From positions 248,372,001 through 248,436,000 of the forward strand of contig OZ024742.1 in the NCBI GenBank assembly GCA_964016885.1: a stretch of DNA of 64,000 bases, read 5' to 3'. The notes below the pieces were generated by a model, which was not told the origin of the DNA, made no database searches, and saw only the letters and a program-made list of their open reading frames with translations. Below are positions 1-16,668 of this stretch, in pieces (position 1 is the first letter of the stretch; every line of letters begins with the position of its first letter). A program made the position numbers and the translations under genes. The stretch comes from Eledone cirrhosa. Lineage: Eukaryota.

Positions 1-82
1 CGATCATTCCACACCTCCCTCTGGAAGAAACAATTGTTAGCTAATAAATGTTCTAAATTAAAATTTGATCGTTTTAACACTT

Positions 83-158
<76 letters not shown>

Positions 159-824
159 TATATATATATATAATAAACAAGAAAGTCGGTTTCATTTGTC
201 CACCCCTATCTGTTTTGTTATACATTATTCACTTCGGCGACTAGCAAGTATATGCATGCTAGTCGCCGAAGTGAATAACTCGTATGAACGGTAACATATA
301 AATGAACATTTACATCTCATGTGGAATTTTGTCTGAATAGAACACGTAAAGCAGATGTTATACAACTGCCATACATCTTCGAAATACGTATAATAAAATA
401 AATAGGAACGGACAAATGAAACCGTCTTTCTTGTTTATATATATATATATATCATAATTAAGTTTGTTTTGAAATATCCAGCGAGTTTTAAATAGAAAGA
501 AAATATTTCGCCATACTTTTTGAGTAAAGAAAATTTGCCTGATAGCGGGGTTTACAACGCTCTTAGAAATCGAAAAATATTAGTACTATTCAATATATAT
601 ATATAGTGAAAACTATATATATATATATATATGTAGATAAATCTACCAAGAGTTTACGGTAGTGTCCAATCCGTATGAAGAACTCAATGTATTCCGGATA
701 TCATGGAAAGAAGAGATGTAATGAAAATCCAATTTCGGTGAAAGATAAACGGTATACAGAGTCAAGATAAAATATTAAACAAATAATGAACAAACAATTC
801 CTTATATTAAACAAAAAAAGTTCA

Positions 825-971
825 CTATTTAACGATCGTTTCTAGGGTATATATGTGTTATAATTGGTATGCATATTTAACAGATCTATGTACAAAATTA
901 TACAAACTTATACAAATTATCAAGATTAAATATACATACCTAACTCATATATACGCCGTCTTCAGAAATAA
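825..971 (-). ncRNA. Hammerhead motif with about 115-nt stem II domain
   Basis: TATTT-CTGAAGA-cggcgtatatatg...catatatacccta-GAAA-cgatcg-TT^-AAATA. Confidence 0.68.
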
Positions 972-1743
972 TGAAGTATATTTATTGATAATAACAACAA
1001 TTCAAAATATCAGTTCAAAATTGACCAATGAAAACACAAAGGGCTAAAAATCAGTTTGGTGTGTGTATATACATGTAAAACCCCACACACATTTTACAAT
1101 AATGTGTGTATAATTTGTATGTGCATACTAAAAAGATGGATGCAAATAAAAAATTTCAAGGTTAATATCTCTGTAAGCTTAATGCGCTGATAAGATACGC
1201 AATGATACTTATGGAGTCAAGCATATAAATATATTTTTTTCATACTCACACATATCAGTATAATCACACATACATGTGCGTATATATATAAATATACACA
1301 TAACCACAAACACACAAACACACACACTCCCCCACTCACATTTATATATGTGGATATAAAATCATAAGCAAATAGAAATTAAGTCACTCACATAAACACA
1401 CTGGTACACACATTTCAAGATCAAGATACAGAAATTAGGTGGGAGGGGGGGGGAGGGGTCAGTATTAGGTTGTCAGACCAGACAGCCTAATATAAATGTA
1501 TCTATAAATTATGAAAAATAAAAAAATAAAAACAATAAAATATAATACATATAATATAATGTACATACGCATACAGATATACATACACATACATACATGT
1601 ACGCGCACATAGAGATATCTACACATACATACATACACACATACCTATACTGTCATACACACACATACATTTACACGAACATACACATACACATATAAAA
1701 AGATATAAATACGGACACACACACGCGCAACACATACACACAT

Positions 1744-1782
<39 letters not shown>

Positions 1783-1937
1783 AAAAGAGCGTTAGCAAAA
1801 GTTCTATACAGATTGCGTAATATAAGAAAAAGTTATAAGTAAAAGGATTTGAAAAGCGTACCTGGCATAGACTGTATATATAAATGATCTTTCTAACTTG
1901 TACAAATCCTTTTTCTTTTATCATTTTCTTTGTATAA

Positions 1938-1973
<36 letters not shown>

Positions 1974-2001
1974 ATACATATATACATGTATATTTATATG
2001 T

Positions 2002-2102
<101 letters not shown>

Positions 2103-2325
2103 GAGAGAGAGATTGGATATGCTTGAGTTATGTAAGTATGTATTATCTGTATTTATATAGATATGTCTGATTTTGTGTAACTGTGAATGGATGTATGACG
2201 TGTTTATAAATAGATATTAATTTTATATGTAGAAGTGTGTTAAATACAATAGGATGTAGAGGACAATGCAGGTAATAAGGACAATAACCTAGAATAAGAT
2301 GACATTACACAGAGGATGATACAGC

Positions 2326-2363
<38 letters not shown>

Positions 2364-2529
2364 CAAGGACGACTATGATGAGGATGATGGAGATCATAGT
2401 GGTTCTCGTGTTGTTGATGGTGTAGGTGGTGCTAGTGCTGACGATGATTGTGAGGGAAATGATGGCAGTAAGCGTGCTAACTCTGCTGGTGTTATTGAGG
2501 ATGAAGATGATGATGATAATGAATGGATG

Positions 2530-2932
2530 TGATAATAATTATTTCTACTTTTTGCACAAGGCCAGCAATTACTCCAGTGCATTACTTGGGCTTTATTTTA
2601 TCGACCCCGTAAGTTTAAAAGGCAAAGTTAACCTTGGGGTGATTTGAACATATGTCATAAAGGGACGTAACTCTATATTGTAAAGCATGGCGTCTGATTC
2701 TGTATCGATACTGCCAATTCAACGTCAAGGAATGTGATAATAATTATTTCTACTTTTGGCACAAGGCCAGCAATTATCTCAGTGTATTACTGGTACTTTA
2801 TTTTATCAACCCCGTAAGGATGAAAGGCAAAGTTAACCTCGGCGGGATTTGAACTCAGATTGTAAAGGGACGTAACTCTTTGCTGCAAAGCATGGCGTCC
2901 GACCTCCTACCGATATTGCCAATCCCCCGCCC
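2530..2932 (-). mobile_element. Two tandem SINE copies (Meta-domain-like core GCCTTTCATCCTTACGGGGTCGATAAAATAAAGTACCAG, (ATT)n tail)
   Basis: tRNA B-box-like GAGTTCAAATCCC plus a conserved core that recurs throughout the window. Confidence 0.85.
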
Positions 2933-3577
2933 TATGTGATAATAATATAAGCCAAAATTATGACGAAGACAATGGAAATATTGCCGATTATTGCGATAAA
3001 GACGCTGATGAGGATCATGATTATAAATAATGCTGATGTTATTAGAATTAATACAAAACTCCAAATCGAAAAGAAGCCGAAAAATGAATATACAAAATAA
3101 AAATTAAGTAAATAAATAAATGAATAAATAAAAAAATTACAAACAAACAAAGAAAAGATACAAAAACAACGGGATCCACAACAACAAAATTAACGACAAT
3201 ACCAGTGCCACAGCTACTAGGAAAACAACAACAATAAAGAGAGCAATGACAATACAATTAAACAACAATAAGAACACCAGCCTAAAACGTTATTACTTAC
3301 AGCTAATTACTCACTAATTACAGAACGTTGATGTGAAAATCTTTCCCCAATTTTCAAAAATAAACCAAATGTATATAGAATAGAATGGATATTGAAGAAT
3401 AAGAAACATTAGTGTGGAAATTACAGTCGTGTAAGTAATGAAACGCACACACATAATGACTCAGTCCACACACATATAAATGTAGCCAAGGCATACCTGT
3501 ACGCAGAAACATACACTCAATCATTCATATTTATATATGAATATACATATATATATATTTATATAAATATATATATA

Positions 3578-3610
<33 letters not shown>

Positions 3611-3664
3611 TCGTGTATGTGTGTGTGTGTGAGTGTATTTATATATGTGTGTGTGTGGGTGTAT

Positions 3665-3707
<43 letters not shown>

Positions 3708-3902
3708 TAGGTAGATAGAGAGAGAATGACTATGACACCGCGTGCGTGTGTATGAAAGAGAGGTGTTAACTTGAGAATAAGCTAATTAGAAAGGAAATTA
3801 GTTAGGTATAAATAATACGTATATAGCATGGTTACAATTAGACATTTCAGTCGACACGTGAGATGGGAAAATCAAATTAGAACATTTGTGAAACACATTG
3901 TA

Positions 3903-3951
<49 letters not shown>

Positions 3952-4243
3952 TTATAGCGTTTGTGAAATGCATTGAGTAAAATCATTTCAAATACAGATA
4001 TCATGCATGCATTAGGTTCATTTCATCGACTATGTCTCTTTCGTAACGTTACTACTTCTATGCATGCTTCATTATTTGTTCGTTTTTATATGTGTGACTT
4101 GAAAGTGGATGTGTATGTTTGTTTGAAAATGTACATGTATATATGCAATTGTATCTCTCTTTCTCTCGCTAAATATATATATATATAGACAGACTGAATA
4201 AAAAATGGCGTAGACATACAACACAACAGGAGGAAAATATAAT

Positions 4244-4285
4244 ACCACTGACGATGTTGCAGATGTGCAACGAAAGATTTATGAT
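4244..4285 (+). ncRNA. Minimal hammerhead of the PLE 3'-end family; degenerate relatives at 18856-18897 and 53483-53525
   Basis: acca-CTGACGA-t gttgca gatg tgcaac-GAAA-gatt-TA^-tgat. Stem I is weak. Confidence 0.65.
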
Positions 4286-4566
4286 AAACTATATATATGT
4301 GTTTGTGTCTATATTGTATCTGTATTATTTTTGACCGTCAGTCAGTCAATGGCAACATTGAGGACCGAGTAAGTTAGATTACAGATATAAAAGACAGCGA
4401 GAAGCGAAAACCAACCAAACAGTGAGTGTGTTCTGTTATTAATTCTGGCAATATTACACAAATATGACCCTCCCCAAGTATAACAATATATATATATATA
4501 CACACACCACACACACACACACACAAAAGGCAGACAGTAATAACATTACAATCGAATATGAAGAAT

Positions 4567-4657
<91 letters not shown>

Positions 4658-5709
4658 GAAGTTATATTTAATTTGTTGGGATACAACAAACAAATATTTT
4701 TATAACTGATATAAAGCACTCAACTAGAATTTGGAGTAAAAATACAATATATTAACAAATGGAAACTATATTTATAAAACCATATTTATTTCATTATACA
4801 TATTTTTCTTTTTCTTTTTTCCCTATTCCAACGGCGTATTTTAAATGTACGGGATTTAAACCTCTCCGACACTAATTTGCATAATAGACCAATAATAAAA
4901 TTAGTAACCCCACTATCCGGGAGCTTCCAACCGACATGGTCGCATTCTTTAAGGGTATGTCAATATTTGTTTATAAAACTGATCTATATTATATTTTATC
5001 TGATGAAAGCGCACCATAATTTGCTTTGGTGTCCTTGAGATATGTATAATGAAATAAATATGGTTTTATAAATATAGTTTCCATTTCTTAATATACTGTA
5101 TATATATATATGTATATATATGTATGTATGTATGCATAAAGTAAGTGTGAGTGTTTGTTTGTATCTATGTGTGATTTCTCCAAGGACTTTGCTAGAAATT
5201 GAATGAAATAATCTTTTCCGCAATAACCGTTTTCATAACCCTAAATACACATACAAGCGCACATAGATTCACACACGTACACACATATAGTACATATATA
5301 TATATATAACTAGAAACATGCCAGACTCACACATATTCACACACACACACACACTCACACACAGAGCGTGAGATTGACTCGAATTATATATATAAAACAA
5401 GTATATTTTACCAATTTAATCTATATTTACAAAAATTAGAGGACGCCTTCCCAATGTATGTGTATTTACAGAATCTGAATAGAACCTGTATTTACATAAG
5501 GCTCTGGTCTCGTTTGCCTTCTTTTTGTTCCTGGTTATATATAACAATAAATGTGTTGTGTTCTATATCTCGACTTAAACGTTCCCCCTTAACTGCTCGT
5601 CTTGTGTACAAGTTAGAATGGATATTGAAGAATAATGGTTGTTGTTTATGATACTGCGCATGCACAGGTACTCCCAAGCAATAAGGTTCACAGCTTAGAC
5701 ATGTGTGCG

Positions 5710-5861
<152 letters not shown>

Positions 5862-5980
5862 ATTCTGGACTAAATTAGTCAGACATAAATCCAGAATTAG
5901 CCGTCGAAACCGCTTGAGCTCAGCCGTCGGGGTCCTACTCGTTCCTATATATATATATATATATGAATAAATATGTATAT

Positions 5981-6955
<975 letters not shown>

Positions 6956-7139
6956 GTTTATATATATATATATATCTCAGTGAGAGAATATGATCCGAAA
7001 GCATTAGACGTGTTCGTCGGACCTGCGGGTCCAGAATCAGACAGATCCACATAATCGTCGCGTCTAGACCTGTCCGCCGGGGAAACAATTGTAACACACA
7101 ATAAATTGAGTTCAGATGCATCAGTGATTTTTCGTTTGC

Positions 7140-7520
<381 letters not shown>

Positions 7521-7756
7521 ATATACATATATTTGTGTATGTGTGTGTCCTGTGTATGTATCTATCTATCTATCTATCTATATCAGAATTAGTATCAGAA
7601 TATATATATTCTGATACTAATACTCCGTTTTACATCATCTAGCTGTTCCCTTGAATGGAATTGGAGATATACTAATGTGTGGAGAACTTAATATTACTAA
7701 CAAAAATTTGTTGGACCGTTTTGCACAACCAACAATACACCTTACTATATAACAAA

Positions 7757-7806
<50 letters not shown>

Positions 7807-7841
7807 CACTCTATATATATATATATATATATATATAATCA

Positions 7842-7906
<65 letters not shown>

Positions 7907-8059
7907 CACTCTATATATATATCTTTGACTCTTAGTCCTTAGTTTATTATATTTTATTCGTTAAAATTTCTTCTTCTTTTAACCCTCGCCCCGTTGTTAT
8001 CCATTACATCACCGTGTTCTACTATCACATCACAATCTATCATTATTATTGACATTATT

Positions 8060-8362
8060 ATAGTTAAAATTGGCAGTATCGGTAGAGGGTTGGACGCCAT
8101 GCTCTCTAGCATAGTTACGTCCCTTTACAGTCTGAGTTCAAATCCCGCCGAGGTTAACTTTGCCTTTCATCCTTACGGGGTCGATAAAATAAAGTGCCAG
8201 TAATGTACTGGATAATTGCTGGCCTTGTGCATAAAGTAGAAACATTTATTATAGTTAAGGTTAACTTTGCCTTTCATCCTTACGGTGACGATAAAATAAA
8301 GTACCAGTAATCCACTGGATAATTGCTAGCCTTGTACCAAAAGTTGAAACAATTATTATTAT
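8060..8362 (+). mobile_element. SINE plus partial tandem copy, same family
   Basis: Same core and tail as 2530-2932. Confidence 0.85.
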
Positions 8363-9215
8363 TGGAATAATCATTATACATCTCTAGTTTACATCTATCA
8401 TTTACATCTATCATTTACATCTATAGTTTACCATTAGATATAGTACATCTAATAGCATTGTTACTACATTTAATATAAGAAACTTTAGTATTATTTTTAT
8501 TATCACGATCATCGTCTTCATGATTGTAAATGTTGCTATTGTTGTTGTTATTGTTGCCATGGTAGTTGTCATATCTTCAAAACACTGTGTAATACTGTAA
8601 TATATCCGGGCTATTTCACTGCCCTAATGCTATTATGTTTATGCTTTGATATGAACGGTGTATTAATTTTAGTCGAAAAAATTCTGTTATTTCAATTAAG
8701 AAAATCATTCAAAGAAGTAGTTGATAATCACGAACACAAACATAAGCGTGTCTAAACCACTATTTTTAGGCATGTATAATATTCTTAATTTTTGGCGATA
8801 AAACAAAAAAGAGGCTCGAAGATGTTGATGTGTAGAACATTGATATGCTTCATGTAATCACAGAATCGTTTAAATACAAATTTCTGTAAAGGTAATCATT
8901 GCAAACAACATTCCTTCTAAATTTGACATCTAGAAGACAGAAGCAATACACTATAATGTGATAATGTGCGGAGTTGTAAAGATAAAATTAAAACGAATGC
9001 CTCCAAACATTCTTGGCTGACATTTAAAATGCCTAACAAATAACAGGCCAAACGGATGGCAATTTCTTCTAGCAGAGTTGTTTATTATTAAAGATTTTAC
9101 TCTTATAAATGGCAATATTGACCTGGTCTCAAATTGCCAAATAAGCGTTATTACTTCATGAGACAATTCTCAGATATGGATGAGCGAAATACCTGAATCT
9201 GTTTATTTATCCATG

Positions 9216-9300
<85 letters not shown>

Positions 9301-9326
9301 ATATCTCTCTCTTTCTCTCTCTCTCT

Positions 9327-9399
<73 letters not shown>

Positions 9400-9426
9400 T
9401 GTAATAAACAACATAAGATAATTATT

Positions 9427-9485
9427 TCATTTACCAGTGGTTTCTTGAAGGCAGATGTTATGTCTGTCTTCAGTCGTCAGAATGA
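9427..9485 (-). ncRNA. Type I hammerhead motif, same family as 12930
   Basis: TCATT-CTGACGA-c tgaagacaga cataaca tctgccttca a-GAAA-ccactgg-TA^-AATGA. Confidence 0.85.
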
Positions 9486-9551
9486 CTAAATAACATGGTG
9501 TTTTCATTAAATATGGATTTGAAACACACACATGTATACATATATATATAC

Positions 9552-9608
<57 letters not shown>

Positions 9609-9627
9609 CATATGTATACATACATAT

Positions 9628-9701
<74 letters not shown>

Positions 9702-9910
9702 GTATATGTATATATATGTATATATATATATATATATACATATATGTGTGTTTGTGTGTATAAGAAAAGAGTTAGGACCCCGACGGCAGAGCTCCTGTTG
9801 TTTCGACAGCTGTCGAGGTCCCGGCTCTTTTCCTATTACCCATTCTACTATCTTAAGTATCGAGCACTCTGGTGCGTTATGTTCCACCTGGTATCTTACC
9901 ACACTTTCTT

Positions 9911-9954
<44 letters not shown>

Positions 9955-10087
9955 CGAAGGAGTTGTGGTAAGGAACCAGATGGACCATAACGCACCAGAG
10001 TACTTAATATTTAGAGTAGTAGTTCTGAGTCCGGAAATAGCCGTCGAAACGGCTTGAGCTCTGCGGTCGCGGTGATACATTTTCATA

Positions 10088-10172
<85 letters not shown>

Positions 10173-10728
10173 TTCAGCGAGAATCGTATTTCGGCTGGTA
10201 GAAAAAGCGAAACGAAACGCAATATATATATATATATGAGATATATGTCTGTGCGTGTGTGTGAGTATGTGTTTGTTGTAATTGATTAAAAAATGCACAC
10301 GTGCTTTTTCTCCAAATAATTCTTTCCATTTGTTCTTTTCTCTTCTCACTCTCTATCTTTCTCTTTCAAATTTTATATATTATTCTATCCACTGGTGAAG
10401 GACACGTGTCCGAAACGTTAATACACTTTTGCAGCCAACGGAAGACCGGAAGACGATACTTTGGTTCGTGCAGACGTTCGCTGGCAAAGAACGGAAAAAA
10501 CAGACAATACGTTATTAAATAGAATTTTAGTCTACGACTTCAGATATACCATAAACGTGTTTTTGTCTTTGCGTGTAATTGTTCTCATCGGTCCACATAA
10601 TGACGTTTTTTTTTTCCGTTCACTACCAGGGAAGTCTCCACGAACCACCTAATAGAATATTTGTCTACGACCTCATTTATACCATAAACGGGGTTTTGTC
10701 TTTGCGTGTTCTCAACGCTCCAAATAAT

Positions 10729-10821
10729 TGTTTCTACTTTTGGCACAAGGCCAGCAATTATCTCAGTGTATTGCTGGTATTTTATTTTATCGACCCCGTA
10801 AGGATGAAAGGCAAAGTTAAC
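10729..10821 (-). mobile_element. 5'-truncated SINE with 18-bp target-site duplication
   Basis: CTCAACGCTCCAAATAAT occurs at 10711 and 10822. Confidence 0.85.
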
Positions 10822-11157
10822 CTCAACGCTCCAAATAATGACGTATTGTCAGTGTTTTTTCCGTTCTTTGCCAGGGAAAGTCTCCACGAACCAAAATATC
10901 GTCCTCCTGTCTTCCTTCGTTTGCAACGTTTTTCGAAATATTTACTTTTGCGTTCACAGATTGATTTTTTTTTTATTTCAGAAGATCCCATTGAGGGTGG
11001 AAGCAGCGATTCTTTGCTTAAAATTTAATCTGTTATTTTAATAAATATTTGCTCTACAGTTCTTATATATTTGATATATATTTATCCTTATTTATCCCAC
11101 TTTGGATTTTAGACTTCAAATTTATTATTATTACTATATATATATATAGTAATAATA

Positions 11158-11412
11158 TGTCAAAAGTGACACAGAGGAGATTGAGGTTAGCTGGTACATG
11201 CTCACCGACATCCAGTGTTGACATTGCACTCAGTGCTCCTGTGGGAGCCCCTGCATGGACACACTTGAAGAGGAAGGCCAAGGTCAACGTATGTTAATGC
11301 CCTAAGGACAGACACTGGTCTGGTGGAGACGCAGGACATGGAAGCGATAATGAGGGACAGAGACCGCTGGAGAGAACTCGTCCATGGATCTCGGGAATTT
11401 TACCCGCCCTAG
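11158..11412 (+). mobile_element. RTE-type LINE 3' end fragment
   Basis: QRRLRLAG..LLWEP..RGRPRSTYVNALRTDTGL..MRDRDRW. Related copy at 46548-46830. Confidence 0.75.
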
Positions 11413-11443
11413 ATATATGTGTGTGTGTTTGTTTGTGTGTGTG

Positions 11444-11478
<35 letters not shown>

Positions 11479-11899
11479 ATTAATAATTAGTAGGAACAAG
11501 GTGTCAAAGTGTTATTAATTTTATTCAGGTGTGACGCGCATTTTGTGACAGACCAGCTGAAGATTCGATCTGTATCAATCGGGCCCGACTCTAGAGCAAT
11601 GAAAATTATTATTTAATGCTTGATAGAGTATAAAAAGAGTAATAACGTTTCGGACACGTATCCTTCACCAGAAGATAGAATAATATATAAAATTTGAAAG
11701 AGAAAGATAGAGAGTGAGAAGAGAAAAGAACAAATGGAAAGAAATAATTTGGAGAAAAAGCAAGTGTGCATTCTTTTAATCAATTACAACAAACACACAC
11801 TCACACAGACATATATCTCATATATATATATATATATATATTATTTATTTATAAACGGAAGAAATGAAACGAAATTTCATTTCCCACTCTTAGTACGGT

Positions 11900-12655
11900 T
11901 GTTACTTAAATATAAGTATGTATATGTACATACATATATGTATACAGACGTACAGTAGTATGTATATATATATACATACATGCACACATATATATATGTA
12001 CGTATGGATTCACCGAACATTTATTATAATGCTCGGTGTGTTGTAAACAAACATCACGTATTAAGCCGTAGCGTCTAGCAACCATCGTTGCTCGTTTGTT
12101 CAACACTGACAAAGGAAAGATGTACTAGTTTCAAGTTTATTAGCTATCGTCAGCAACGTATACCTTCCTGCCAGATGATTGAACGTCTGAAAGTATATAC
12201 ATTCCTTTTGCATATTAACGGCTGAGCAGCCTAATTTGCATTATAGGGAGATGAGAAATTAAATTTCGTTTCATTTTTCTGTTTATCGTTTTCGGTGCAC
12301 CCGGCCGATTAACTCACTCGATATACAAATTAGGCTGCTCAGCCGTTAATATGCATAAGGAAAGTATATACTTTCAGACGTTCAATCATCTGGCAGGAAG
12401 GTATACGTTGCTGACGATAGCTAATAAGCTTGAAACTAGTACAGCGTTCCTTTGTCTGTGTTGAACAAACGAGCAACGATGGTTGCTAGACACTACGGCT
12501 TAATACGGGATGTTTGGTTGCAAACACACCGAGCATTATAATAAATGTTCGGTGAATCCATACGTGCATATATATATGTGTGCATGTATGTATATATATA
12601 TACATACTACTGTACGTCTGTATACATATATGTATGTACGTATACATACTTATAT
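11900..12655. repeat. Inverted repeat with about 340-bp arms; third copy at 48720-49160
   Basis: Arms about 11900-12240 and 12325-12655 are reverse complements. Confidence 0.9.
12406..12446 (+). ncRNA. Minimal hammerhead, same family as 49001; inverted copy near 12118-12159
   Basis: CGTTG-CTGACGA-tagctaataagctt-GAAA-ctag-TA^-CAGCG. Confidence 0.8.
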
Positions 12656-12929
12656 ATATATTTATATATATATATATATATATGTGTGTGTTTGTGTATT
12701 TGTGTGTATATGTATGTATGGATATATATATATGTATATGTATATATATATGTATATATATATATATATATATGTATATGTGTGTATCCGTGTGTGTCTG
12801 CGTGTGTGTTTATATACTGTTATATTTATTATTCTTTTTCTCCTTTTCTTCTTCTTCCTCCAACCTCACTTTCATATTTATTATAATTTTGTTTTTCAAG
12901 ACCACTCTCAATAAATACACCAAGATTTT

Positions 12930-12989
12930 TTTCATTCTGATGACTGAAAGCAAATTTGTTTGTATTCAAGAAACCACTGGTAAATGAAA
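12930..12989 (+). ncRNA. Type I hammerhead motif
   Basis: TTTCATT-CTGATGA-stem II (tgaa..ttca)-GAAA-ccactgg-TA^-AATGAAA. Confidence 0.85.
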
Positions 12990-13084
12990 TAATTATCTCA
13001 TTATATAACTTATTCATAACTAATTAGCTCTATAACCTACATAGAGCCCTTTTTTACCTGGACCTTTCCGACGGAATCTCTTCA

Positions 13085-13130
<46 letters not shown>

Positions 13131-14290
13131 AATATGCATATATAAATATATATATATGTATATATATATATAAATATATATAAATGAGTGTGTGTGTGTG
13201 TCTGTGCCTGTCTGTATGTATGTATATATATACGCGTGCATTCATTATATATATATATATGATACTTGCATTTCAATAACTACGTGCTTTCTCTCTATTA
13301 ACTGAAACAAGTCATAGAATAATTTTGCTGGTTATAGATTCCCATAGGGGTAATCTTTGTTTCACTTCCTTAATTTTCTAAATCGTTATTTATTATTTTT
13401 TTTTTTTTCGTCTATAACATTTCAACACATTCTTTTGCGGCTGTCCTTCTAATCACACCTGGAAAGCTCCACAATGAAAAATTCGTAATTTCAATCATTC
13501 AAAATTCACTTAAATCGATATTTTATTCCTTATTTGATACAACATTCTTATTTCATTATATATACATTAACTGCTGTATAAATCATAATTTTGAAAGAGC
13601 ATAATTTACAGCTTCCTTTATATATCTTTATCACCACTTTAAATTATACCGTTTTTAAAAGAAATTTCTATATGCGTTATAATAATAATAGTAAAAAAAA
13701 AAAAAAAATAATAATAATAATAATATTAATAATAAAAATGATATCATTATATTATTATTATTTTCCTTGTAGTATTATGTTTTTTTAAATTAGTTTTGTT
13801 TTAGCTGCTGTTTCTATTAATTCATCCTTCTATAAGTTTTAATAACTTTTTAAAAAAAATTTCAATTAAATCCTGAGAACTGCCAACACAGTTTAAGAAT
13901 GGTTGGCAAGCCGCTCACTAGTTCTTTGATTATTTCAGGAATGAAGCCAATCGCTAGTCTTACACACACATACACATGCGCGCATACACTCGCTCTAACC
14001 ACTGTGTCCTCAACACTAATTACATTTGATTCCAATATCTAAAAGCTCTTTTACTTGACAATTTGATTGATTTTCGATCTTTTTTCTTCTTTTGTTTTAT
14101 TGTTTGTTTTTGATTATTTTATTTTCTTTACTCTATTTAATTACTTTTGTAAAAATCTTCCCCATTCACCTTTCCATTCATTCTATCGTCACTCTCTAAA
14201 ATTATTTCTACCTCTCATTCTCTCTATCTAACTCCATCCCTCTACCTCTTTCTCTCCAACTATTTGCCTCTCTCTGTTTAGCTCCCTCCA

Positions 14291-14402
<112 letters not shown>

Positions 14403-14909
14403 TCTGTCTACTTCTCCCAGTCACTCTTTGTTACTTTGTCTCTATTTCTGTGTCTCAAACATTTCCTTCCTTCCTTCGTCCTCTTTGCTATTTTAAACAC
14501 CGTTTATTTGATGATTTCCAACATTAACTTGCTCAAGTCATTGCTTTCATTCTTTTATATTTTCTATGATTTTATATTATAATTTTGTTGTAATTTTTTC
14601 CATCTTTAAAAACTAGTCATTAGTCTAAAGAGATGTTGCTTGTTTTAGTTAGCTAGTTGTTAGTTTTATTGTTCTCTTTGTTACATTTATTTTTCAGATA
14701 ACTTTATTAATTTCCTATTAGATGTTAAAATATGTTCTCGCCAACTCACCATCCACCTCTGCCATTATCATTATACAACGCTCACTTTATTTAAATGAAA
14801 CTGATATTTTAATCACACATGTGAAGTATTTCAAGCTTGGTTAAGATGTTATAAATTAGATCAAGTGGATTGAAATAGCTAAATAGCAACTTAAAGATTT
14901 TACTCCCTT

Positions 14910-14975
<66 letters not shown>

Positions 14976-15114
14976 GTAATTTTGTTTCAATTTCATACAT
15001 TAACACCTCCTCTTTCTTTATTCTTTATTGTGATTGTTTATATATGGGGTCCAGGCCACAATTCATTTAATTTATATCAATGCCGTCGTAACAAAGGAGT
15101 ATTATAATCATAAC

Positions 15115-15141
15115 TGTTGTTGTTGTTGCTGTTGCTGTTGA

Positions 15142-15196
<55 letters not shown>

Positions 15197-15357
15197 CTTC
15201 TTCTTCTTCTTCTTCTTCTTCTTCTTCTTCTTCTTCTTCTTCTTCTTCTTCTTTTTCTTCTCCTCCTATTCCTCCTTCTCAACCACCTTCTTCTTCTTCT
15301 TCTTCTTCTTCTTCTTCTTCTTCTTCTTCTTCTTCTTCTTCTTCTTCTTCTTCTTCT
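15115..15357. repeat. Compound (GTT)n(CTT)n microsatellite
   Basis: Direct reading. Confidence 0.95.
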
Positions 15358-15743
15358 CCGCCGCCTCCTCTTTCTCCTCGGCCCCTTCTACCTGTTTCAG
15401 CGCTAATGAATCTATACTATGTGGGCATAGATACATGTAAAAGTAAATATACCTTAGCTTACTATAGTTATCTATTCCTGAACAATTAAATGCTAGGTAT
15501 TATAGCAATTATTACACATACTTAACATATTTCTTCATATATTTTCACTAGACTTTTGGTAAGCTTCCAAGAATATGAAATGTGAATATATGTTGATTCA
15601 ATGAATTAAGTATATGAAATAATTCAAATATAAGAACATATGATTAAAATACGGTATGCGTATGTATATACACATACATAAAAATATATATATATACATT
15701 TATAATTATATATTTATATATATGTCTATAACTACATGTGCGA

Positions 15744-15878
<135 letters not shown>

Positions 15879-16241
15879 TAACCAGATTAGTTTTTTCGTT
15901 GTTTTGGTATTCTATGGTTGGTTTGCCTGCCTCAATTTTCAATTTGTCAAGCTGTCTAAACGTATGTTATTACCCTAAGGCCCTAACTTATTGAGTGCTT
16001 TGCTACTCATTCATAATTGTAGCTCGCATTGCTTGGCCGCAGCCAAAGTTTCGATTTTACTAAGCATCCACTTGTATATATATATGTATATATGTAAAAG
16101 GTAAACATAAATAACAAAGCAGTCGGAACAGTATATGGAAAGGATATATTAGGTAAACGCTTGAAAAAACAGTATATATGTCTCATGAACAGTCGCGACT
16201 ATGACGGCTGAGCTCTTCCCACTGCAGCATCTATATAGCTG

Positions 16242-16337
<96 letters not shown>

Positions 16338-16342
16338 TATGC

Positions 16343-16386
<44 letters not shown>

Positions 16387-16416
16387 ACACACACACGCAT
16401 ACACACACACACACAA

Positions 16417-16465
<49 letters not shown>

Positions 16466-16668
16466 AAAGTTCTATTTAAATTGTTGGGATACAACAAGCA
16501 AATATTTTTATAACTGATATAAAGCACTCGACAAGTATTTGGAGTAGATATACGATATTAACAAATGGAAATAAATATAGTTTCCATTTGTTAATATCGT
16601 ATATATATATATATATAAAATAAAGTAAAATAAATAACTCACATGTTTAAAATTTAGCTTCGTTTATT

